Source of the DNA: Raillietiella orientalis
Taxonomy: Eukaryota
Assembly (NCBI GenBank): GCA_036172245.1
Contig: JAYWIR010000142.1
Span: 1 to 64,000 of the forward strand
DNA: 64,000 bases
Reading direction: 5' to 3'
Within the stretch, counting starts at the first letter, position 1. Each line of letters opens with the position of its first letter. Shown one piece after another: positions 38,630 through 47,243 of the stretch. Below the pieces are notes generated by a model. That model ran no database searches and was not told where the DNA came from. It saw only the letters and a list, made by a program, of their open reading frames with translations. A program made the position numbers and the translations under genes.

Positions 38630-39385
38630 GAGTTCCAGGAGGGAAACATCCTGGTGCTTTGCCGCACCCCTGGAACACCCCATGGTGCGTTCCGGCTCGC
38701 CTCCTCGCCAGTCGTGTGTGTTCCGGTGCGAAGGACTCGCGTCTTTTCTTCTGTGACCAGGCCCGAAGATCCGAAGATGCGGCCTACTGCTCGGGCGCAT
38801 GGCAACCCTGGCGAAGAAGCACAGCTGGATGATTTGCTGCTTCGCTAACTCCTCTACCTGGATTTAGGAGACTGCTGGCACCTGTGCAAAGCTGAACCTG
38901 CGAAGTGAAGAATTTTTTAAGCGCCTGCGATTCAGCAATAACGCCCGCCGTACTCTGCGGGAAATACTGGAGTTTCTGAGGTGGCCGCGCCAAGCGCGGA
39001 AGCCATGGCCGAAATGGCCACCTACAAGGCAGCAGGGTATAAACCCTCGCAAATATACCAGGTAGGCAACCTTTTCGATAAGCGAAAAGGTTCTGTGGCC
39101 CCAACTGGGAAGCATGCAGAAGGACCTCCAGGGCTTTCTTCGAGGGATGGAACTTCCTCCCAGTGAACCGTGTTTCCTTCCCTGCCCTCCTACTTGTTTT
39201 TGTTTTTTTTATTTTTTCATTTTTCTTTTTTTTTTTCCTTCCATTCCCTTTCACTGCTGAGGAGAGCCACGCCTTTCTGCGTGCCGTTGTCCCGGCAGGT
39301 CCAGTGCCTATGGCCGTGGTGAGGCCTCGTACCACGGGTTGTAGAGTGTTTTTAAATAAACGCCTGGGGCGTACCCGGGTGATAA
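38630..39385 (+). mobile_element. Mosaic of family A pieces (post-RT region, short ORF1 piece at about 38982-39090, 3' UTR and terminus)
   Basis: GRKIRRCGLLLGRMATL-type sequence; APSAEAMAEMATYKAAGYKPS; T tract; terminus at 39355-39384. Confidence 0.85.
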
Positions 39386-39669
39386 CCCGAGACCTCGCAG
39401 TGAGTTTTGCTAAGCACGAGAGATTGTGCTGAAGGTCAAAAAGCCTCCTACTGTCAGCGTTGCGACCCAAAAGCCTCGCATTAAGGCCTCAGGAGGTGGC
39501 GAATGCGTTCGCTCGCCCGATACGGGAAAATTGCTCCCGCGGGCAAAGAACTCAGCACCGTCTGAACCTACCGCGGCCAATGTGCCCCAGGCGCCGACTG
39601 CAGCGATCAAACAGCCTGCAAACCCTCAACCCTCGCGCGCGGACATCTCCGCCAAAACTTGGTGTGGTT

Positions 39670-40790
39670 GGACGTGTTTTTTGGTGGCTCCGCCAGCGAG
39701 TGTCTGAAAAGCAACCTAAGCTTGTTCACTTTAGTGTAGTGTTTAGTGTGGATCGTCGGTGTCCAATGGAAGCCTTGCCAGAGGACATCGCGATGGAGGT
39801 AGGCATGTGGGAGGCGTGTCCTCCCCCACAACCTGCAGAATCAGGGGCAACTGCCTCGGGATCCTCTTCGCTGCCCGCGAGGAGCTGGAGCGTCGTGGTG
39901 TCCGCGCCAAGCGTGGAGGCCATGGCAGAGATGGCCGCATATAGGGCCTCCGGATACAAGCCATCGCTTGTATATAAGGTAGGCCCTTTATTCGACGGCC
40001 GGACGGCCCGCGCGTTTGCAAAGGCTCTAAAGGCCGCAAATGTGAAAGAAGAAGATCTTGACGGCCTCTTCATCCTCAGCGGATGTCAGGGCGTCGAGGT
40101 AGTCTGTAAAGACTTCACCTTGGCCCAGCGCTTAATTTATAACCCGCTGAACGCAGATGGCCGCAAGATCTTGCCGGTTACAATGGATCGCTCCGTGGTG
40201 GTCCATCTTACCGGCATCACTAACCGCATGACGCGCTCTGCTTTTAGTGAACAGTTGAATAAATATGGAGACGTGTATGCGCTGTGGGAGAAGCTCACGA
40301 TATTCGAGGGGTACAGCAGCCTCTTCGGAAGTCAAGCCGCCGCGCGTGTTACAGTGAAAGAGTATTGTGGGCTTCCCCACAAACTCGAGGTAGCCAACGA
40401 GGACGTCGACCACTGGTACGTGGGAAATCCACGTTATTGCAGGCACTGCAATATAGTAGGTCACCTCCTTAAGTGGTGCCCGAATATTGAGTGCTACTTG
40501 TGCGGGGAAAAGGGAGACGTTCGTCGCGTGTGTCCGAAACGCGCCACCTCGGTACCGCCTGCAGCCAAAAAGGCGCACGCAAAAAGGAAGAATAAGGTCG
40601 AAAAACCTTAAAGAGAAAGTGGCCAGCAGCAGCCGCCAATCCCCCTTTCCCCAACAAAAGTGTCTAATTAAACAGTTTCCGAAGACGTGGGAAACGAGGA
40701 GGGCTGGAAGTTGGTAAAGGCCAAAAAGCCATAACCGGCTGCGAAAGCCGAGAAAAAAACGGAGAAAGTGGCGACCGGCGCGATTCAAAA
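39670..40790 (+). mobile_element. Family A 5' UTR and ORF1, 3'-truncated
   Basis: GGACGTGTTTTT at 39670; MEALPEDIAMEVG; CRHCNIVGHLLKWC and CYLCGEKGDVRRVC. Confidence 0.92.
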
Positions 40791-40814
40791 AAAAAGCCGC
40801 GTCCCGAAACCCTC

Positions 40815-41480
40815 CGCACAGAAGCCCTGCGGGCCAAACCAGATCAAGGCCGCATCATGCACTGCGTGGCCCTCTAGCCGGTCTCTATATGTTTTCTCGA
40901 GAATCCATCCCTACTCCACTTCTGTGACTGGCGCTTCTAACACCGTGCCCGCCTGAAGCAGCTTTTCCTCAACGGGAATCGCAAGCGGCCGGGCTTCCCT
41001 GGAGCATGCCGTCGCTGCCCTCAATTGAAGGAAACACTTGCCCACGTGCTGTGTCAAGGTGCACAGGGCACCTAGTTACGAGAATTCCGGGAAGGCATAA
41101 CGCTGTGCGGCCAAAGTTCCTCGAATTGGCCATTGACCCCTCGATTGACAGTTCCCTCCGACCGGACATTGTGGTGACTGACGAGCATCGCATGCTCATC
41201 ATCGACGTGACCATCCTGTTCGAAAACAGGAAGGCGTCGATGGACGAGGCCCCGCCCGGAAGGATCGCCAGATACCGGCTGGTCCGGAGAGAATACGAGG
41301 CACAGGGTCGACAGGTCAAGGTGGACGCAGGATTCCTTGTCGGATCACTGGGTAGCTGGCACCCGAACAACGATGCGGTCCTGAGTTTCGTAGGCCTGAG
41401 CACACATTAAATAAAGGTGATTCGCCCTAGAATCATGTGCTCAGTGACCCGGGGGCAAGGGACATCTAGTTTGACCATAC
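40815..41480 (+). mobile_element. C-terminal fragment of a NeSL/Utopia-like non-LTR element (CCHC plus restriction-like endonuclease)
   Basis: LRAKPDQGR, FCDWRF*HRARL, CRRCPQLKETLAHVL, RHNAV, LRPDIVV...IIDVTILFENR, VGSLGSWHPNND and RDI*FDH are characteristic RLE-clade motifs. Confidence 0.9.
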
Positions 41481-41482
41481 CA

Positions 41483-41630
41483 ACAGTTGAAGGCAGAGGA
41501 AATCATGACGATTGGGCGCAGAATATTAGACGGCTGCGGTGCAAGCATGGGCAAAATCCATAACAAAGAACAGCATAGGAAAAACGGTAACATGGACAGA
41601 GGTCAAGTGATTGCCGAAAATACGAAGGAT
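41483..41630 (+). repeat. Second copy of the 5' end of the 43.2-45.7 kb ORF
   Basis: 41483-41516 is identical over 34 nt to 43274-43307. Similarity continues (EQHRKNGNMDRGQVIAE vs ERHSKNGNTGRGKVVAE) after an in-frame 39-nt indel. Confidence 0.9.
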
Positions 41631-43190
41631 GAGTCGACCGTCGGCGGACACCGAACCGACGGCCGAGATCCCCCTTACCACGGCAGCGTGTCCCTCCTGG
41701 TGTGGAGCGGCGTTTCAAAACTTGGTAGGCTTGTGTACAGACTGTGGTTCAAACATCGTACCGCTCGTCTGTGGTTGAATTTCCCCCTCGGGGCACTCTT
41801 TGTCCTACCCAAACGTGGCCAGAAATCAGTGTCCGCCGCCGCGAGCGCTCGTATCGTGGCGTCGCTGGGCGTTTTCAAGTCTCAAGGTCGCTTCTCGGCA
41901 ATATTTCCCCTCATTAAGTGCTTATCGCCTTGCAATTGCAAGGAATTTATACACTTTGTACCAAAATCTGTTATTCGAATCGAAAACAACAAATTCTTTT
42001 AAGCGTTTGTGTGGTGCAATTTCAGCAAGGTAAGGACTTGAAATTTAAATTTTGTTTTCTCCGTAAACGATTCGCCTGATAATCTGACGTTGAGTTTTCA
42101 AATTATCGGCCTTAGGAACTTGAAATCTTATCTCAACTTGCTTCCTAGTGATTTTGAATTCAAAATTTTGAAATGAAATTACGTTCGTGATCGCGTTACC
42201 GCGCAACGCGAAGTCCGATGCAAGAATAAGAAATTTTTATTTGCAATGTATTTGATAGAAAATTCAAGTCTAAATACTTCTTTAAATTGTGGAACATCTG
42301 TTAAGATAAATATCTGTGAAAGAAAATATTAATTCCATGAAACTATTATTTTGTGAAATGTAAATAAAGAAAATTAGTAGCGACATCTGCAGTACATAAT
42401 AAACACTAAAGAGTCATTACTATTAGTTGTTCGAACATTGGATTACGATAAGTTTTCAATTAATAACTTTGAATGCTGTGTTTATCTAAGCTACAAAAAG
42501 TAGCTTGATATAGTTTTCCACGCTTCCAATTAGATAAAATAGAGAAAAATCCAAAAAAAAAACCCTGCTGCTCTCTATTCGTCAATTCGATCACTAGAAT
42601 TTGTCGACCGTGCGAGTTTGTACGCCGAATGAGGTCATCATGCTGTGCGTTTGGTATTTCGGTTTATGCGTTCTTTACCTCACATTTTTGATTTTCGGCT
42701 TATCCAACTTTGCTCCCCACGCCTAATGCCAATGTTTCCTTTCTGAGAATTCTTTGGTTTATATTCGTTCCGTTGAGTTCGCAATTTTCAGTGGAGCCAT
42801 CTCTGGTCTCATCTTGGAACTAGGGTCGAATTTCCAATTCAATGTTTTCTTCTCCGATTTCTATCGGTAAGATTTATTCCACCTTTCGTTTGACATCAGT
42901 ATTCTTTTCGAATCCCGTCTCATCGTTTTGGCGGTGATTTTTCTGAAAATGACGCATTTCTTGTAAATTCTAGGTTCGCCATCTACACGAATTATCGTAA
43001 ACTAGTTTTGGATCGTCATTGAACTGTCTTTTCATTTTTCATCTTGAATCTTATTTTACAATTTTTGTTTGCATGATTTCCTGATGTATTCTTCGATTCC
43101 TTAGGCCTTCTCCTAGCTTCGGACATCCATAAATTTTATTTTATAAATTCCCGACAAGTTGACGGACGCATTCCAAGCCTGCGAAAGTTT

Positions 43191-45728
43191 TTGCAGCATC
43201 TTCCTCTCTTCAATTGCTCTAGCCCTTCCAAAGGCGAAGTCTGCAGTCCGTTCAAGGAGTTGCATCCGACAGGACAGTTGAAGGCAGAGGAAATCATGAC
43301 GATTGGGAGCAAAATATTAGAACGGCATAGTAAAAACGGTAACACTGGCAGAGGTAAAGTGGTTGCCGAAGAGAGGAGTAAATGCTTTGTCCATGGAGAG
43401 TTAACCTCGTATTGGCCAAACGACAACCAGGCTACATACCGTCGGGGATGTCTGGAAGCAGAAACATATTCTGTTGTAACGGAATACAGTCAGTGCCTCA
43501 GATTTGTTCACAACAGCCGTACTGTACATCAAAGGATAGATAGCATTGCCAATCCGCGCAAGAGTGACACACTCCGCGTAAACCGCGAGGACTTCCATGT
43601 GGCGGTAACGGAGCAACGGATACTGAAAGTCAATAAGGCAAGGGTGTCGCAGAAGAAAGTGCCCGTTAGCAGGGACGACCTGACAAACGCTCTCATCAAC
43701 GAAAATTATTGTGCAGCAGTCGAGGAGCGTGACCAGTTGGTCAACTATCATCGCACCTTTATCGAGACGATAACAACCTCAAAAGTTTGGAACAAATATC
43801 CATCACGAAACAACCACTGTCTGCAGAAACCTTCATGGGTAGCCGTCAGTCAAAATGAGGAAATAGAACACGGTGTCATACAACTAAAGTCCACCGCAAG
43901 ACCAGTACAAAGTGCCACGTTGTTAGGTGACATGCAGATTAACGATTCTCGGTGGTGTAATTCGAGGCTGGATAATGTGTGGTCGCCAATCTTTGATACG
44001 CCCATGGCAGCGTACGGAAAATCTGACAGGAGAAGTCTGCGGCTGAAACCCAGCTTGTATGACATCCAGGATGATAATACGTGGACCGAACCATCGGGAT
44101 CGGACTATATGTTCTCACCCAAGACGGAAAGAAGAACTGTCAAGACCAAGAGGATGAAACGTTCACCCTTCCGAGTAGTAGCAATAGCTCTTGCGCTGTG
44201 CATCATCTTCCATCTGCTATACCGACTTTATGATAATTACGGCATCTTCAACATGGTACAGAAGGGATGTCGTACAGCAGAGGACACAGAAGGCACACCC
44301 ACCGAGAGCGACGTGCTCCACCGTCGCACGGCATCGTTAGTAGACATATACAGTCCCGTGACCGATATAGTACTGCTCAGAACTGACCATACAGCGGAGG
44401 CAATTCATATCGCCAATATAGAAATACCTATACCAGGAAATGCATCTGATTTGAATGAAATACCGTCCGTTCAAGTGCTGGACGGAGGACCAATAATCGA
44501 CGCTTGTGCAACGGAGGTGATGCACTATGATGGCAAACTCACAAAGATTCTCGATGGACATTCGAGACCGACGATGGAGATAGAATTGAACTGGGGAGAG
44601 ATGGAACAGCTGGCGGGCATCTCGACAGTCCGTTTTACGCCTAGGGAGGAGATGGGTGTAGATAATAACAAAAATTACCTATACGCTACGGAACATGACG
44701 GAGAGGGCAAGAACATAGTGGAACTAAGGCGAGATCCCGACAAGCAGCTGAAGACCAGGCTCTATGACAACAACGGCCATGACGACTCTGTAAATATACT
44801 GGACCAGACCTTTACGAACCGAACAAAGGCCAGGAGTTATCCATGCCTAGTCATAGGTTCGTGGAATTCCGTCTCAGAACTGTTGATCATGTTCTGTATG
44901 GGGGACTACACGGTATTTAACAAAGAACCAAAGGAGACGGTTCGCAAATTTTTGGATGCATCAACACTAGACAAGATCTACAGAGAGAGAGTTAAACGTG
45001 CAGCGGTGGAGGAATGGAGAGAAAGCAGCGGCTTCGCTGACGACATAATGATGCAGCAAATCAACACCAATTATGCTTTTGACTGGGAGCTAATACTTTC
45101 CTCCCCGGGGAACGGAAGTATATCTTTGGAGCATCTTGCGAGGTATATGGTAGTCGGTGAGACGGTACACTGGCAATGGGATATTTGGTATCACCATGTG
45201 CAACAGCCTACATTGACGGGTATCAGGCTAGGCATCACACACAGTTGGGATGATATTACATCAGGAAACCTGTTGCCACTGATAGAGACGGAAGTGGGAC
45301 GATTTGTACATAAGTGGAATTATCTGTGCGTCAACAAACTGAAAATGCAAGACGAGAGGGGCTACGATGAGCTTCTCATGAAAATAGACACATATACAAG
45401 TAGGCATAATGTCACCATGCTAAACACACAGGATGGGACGGAAGACAAATCGTGGCCGACCGTGCTTGAAATGCAAGGGCGCAGCAAGCTGATGAAGGCC
45501 ACTGGGTACGAAGGTGGGCACTCCGAGGTCAGCGGAATTTGTCAATCATGGGTATGCGGTGTCAGAACATATGGAAGAGACTGTCACACAATGGCGTTGA
45601 CGACCGCTGTGCTTACTGCTAACTTGTCGGAGGACATCAAACATAAGGTCTGCAACGAGTACTATAGCTGGAGAGTCAATACAGCCATCAATGTAAACGC
45701 CGGTGTCTGGAGCCCATTGGGTTTTTAG
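43191..45728 (+). CDS. Intact intronless ORF of unknown family (845 codons from TTG; first ATG at 43296); candidate endogenous viral element
   Basis: Longest ORF in the window, with globular composition, an A-rich sense strand and no TE motifs recognised. Ends G GGT TTT TAG. Homologous fragments lie on both sides. The ORF is well supported; the product is not identified. Confidence 0.8.
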   Translation: MQHLPLFNCSSPSKGEVCSPFKELHPTGQLKAEEIMTIGSKILERHSKNGNTGRGKVVAEERSKCFVHGELTSYWPNDNQATYRRGCLEAETYSVVTEYSQCLRFVHNSRTVHQRIDSIANPRKSDTLRVNREDFHVAVTEQRILKVNKARVSQKKVPVSRDDLTNALINENYCAAVEERDQLVNYHRTFIETITTSKVWNKYPSRNNHCLQKPSWVAVSQNEEIEHGVIQLKSTARPVQSATLLGDMQINDSRWCNSRLDNVWSPIFDTPMAAYGKSDRRSLRLKPSLYDIQDDNTWTEPSGSDYMFSPKTERRTVKTKRMKRSPFRVVAIALALCIIFHLLYRLYDNYGIFNMVQKGCRTAEDTEGTPTESDVLHRRTASLVDIYSPVTDIVLLRTDHTAEAIHIANIEIPIPGNASDLNEIPSVQVLDGGPIIDACATEVMHYDGKLTKILDGHSRPTMEIELNWGEMEQLAGISTVRFTPREEMGVDNNKNYLYATEHDGEGKNIVELRRDPDKQLKTRLYDNNGHDDSVNILDQTFTNRTKARSYPCLVIGSWNSVSELLIMFCMGDYTVFNKEPKETVRKFLDASTLDKIYRERVKRAAVEEWRESSGFADDIMMQQINTNYAFDWELILSSPGNGSISLEHLARYMVVGETVHWQWDIWYHHVQQPTLTGIRLGITHSWDDITSGNLLPLIETEVGRFVHKWNYLCVNKLKMQDERGYDELLMKIDTYTSRHNVTMLNTQDGTEDKSWPTVLEMQGRSKLMKATGYEGGHSEVSGICQSWVCGVRTYGRDCHTMALTTAVLTANLSEDIKHKVCNEYYSWRVNTAINVNAGVWSPLGF
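45719..45728 (+). promoter_or_regulatory. Candidate -1 ribosomal frameshift heptamer G_GGT_TTT immediately before the stop codon
   Basis: X_XXY_YYZ pattern in the correct phase; the -1 frame stays open to TAA at 45944-45946. No stimulatory structure identified by eye. Confidence 0.5.
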
Positions 45729-45969
45729 CTACGACTCAAGAAAGCAGCGCGACTCATACATTAGACAACACGAAATTAAAGACGAATCATGGCGACCGCC
45801 CCTGTATAGAAAACGTGTCGGAGACTGGCAGCGGACGGACACCTGGGCTGAAACAACCAGAAGTGGTCCAGGAGAAAATCGGCTCGACTCCACAAGATGC
45901 CGATCGCAGCGCCGACCACAGAGAGACACAGGGAGTGACGCTGTAAATGACCAGGCAATAAACCCGACT

Positions 45970-46710
45970 GACGCGTTACCTCCCGGAACCTTCGGGCTAA
46001 AAAGAAAGGGGATACTGTTCGTGGCGAGTCGCTGTGGCTGTTGGTGCACCTGCGATACACCCTAGCTGAATGTATAGAGAGTTTCAGAATGTTGTGCGGT
46101 CATCAGACAGAACATCTAGATCTCTCCCTCCGCACAAGTGGACTCGTTGATTATTACAACGAGGTCACCAGGATCATCCTCGCAATCCCCTCGGCGAATC
46201 GGCGCTCTATCGAGTTAGCGAGAATCGCATTGGATGTTCCAACAACCATAGCATTGGACAACTGGATTCCGGCGACCAGCCTCGATCCCGAAGAGCAGCA
46301 TTAAGTTGCCCCTTGAATTTAAAGGGGGTCCTTGACCGCTTCCTTGCCTCAAGGGTGCCGGATGGCCTCAACTGGGCGGAGGTCAACATGCTGTTGACCT
46401 CACTGTTGACCTCACGTTTCCCCTTCCAGGTTGCGGCATACAAGAACAGACTCCTCGAGGTTTAGTGACATTGTATCAGGGAGCTCCGAAGGCAATTCTA
46501 GAGAACATGTACCTGACAGACTTCGGGGATGACTTTAAAGCGAGGTTGTACGGGCAAAATGGGACGGTCACCTGTTTCGATCAAGTCCCCATCTCGGAGG
46601 GCGACTCCCGGAGAGCTCCCATAATGAATTTGGGTCGTGGGTGCTGATAATTTATGCTGAAATCCTTGAAAGCAAATTTGTGATAAACCTGTGGTTTCAC
46701 TGGAATGGGG
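45970..46710 (+). pseudogene. Diverged, frameshifted homologue of the central part of the 845-codon ORF
   Basis: Collinear blocks: VHLRYTL/FHLLYRL, RTSGLVDYYNEVTRIIL/RTASLVDIYSPVTDIVL (10 of 17 identical), LNWAEV/LNWGEM, KARLYGQNG/KTRLYDNNG and GSW/GSW. Confidence 0.8.
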
Positions 46711-47078
46711 AGAGCCACCGCGGTGGCCTCAGAGATGGGTGGCTACACTGTGCAAACTCCGACTCTCAAGGTCCCTTCCCCCCCACCCATCGGCAACGTC
46801 ACGCAGCCAGCAGCGCTTGCGTCGCCCTGTCAGCTGCCAGATGGAAGCACAGGGAAGCCATCGAGCGGGAATCGGAGATCCGGGTGTCCATCCAGATTTT
46901 CTCTTCTCCAGGAGAGTTTCCTGCAGGAGGAGGGAGGGGGAGTTCGGCATTTGCACACGGCTCGGAAGGAGAAAATCCTCGGCGGAGGGCTAACCTCAGG
47001 AAGGGGCGATCAGGAAAGAGACTGACTAGGACTCCCTTCGTGGGAGGAGGCATCATCATCCTCTCTGTCTGCTAGAAG

Positions 47079-47243
47079 AGTTTCATCAAGCACAAGAGCC
47101 TTGATATTGTGAGTAATCAAAGTTTTACGTGCAATATGGTCTATAATACTACCAGGATTACCTATTACAATTCGCGGCTTTTTTCTTAAATGATTTAGCT
47201 GCTTGAAGATAGGCTCGCCACCAATTAGTAAGGCAATCTTCAA
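47079..47243 (-). pseudogene. Bacterial-type DEAD-box RNA helicase fragment (GG motif to motif II), Rickettsiales-like
   Basis: LKIALLIGGEPIFKQLNHLRKKPRIVIGNPGSIIDHIARKTLITHNIKALVLDET; sharply AT-rich against GC-rich flanks; TPGR decayed to NPGS. Confidence 0.8.

Noticed and set aside
41900..43140. AT-rich block with a small hairpin (AAGCTAC...GTAGCTT near 42490) upstream of the big ORF, as a promoter or DNA element
   Set aside because: No terminal repeats or diagnostic motifs; composition alone does not support a call.
46041..46304. First read as a second restriction-like endonuclease remnant
   Set aside because: Lacks the PD..D core and aligns better, and collinearly, with the 845-aa ORF.
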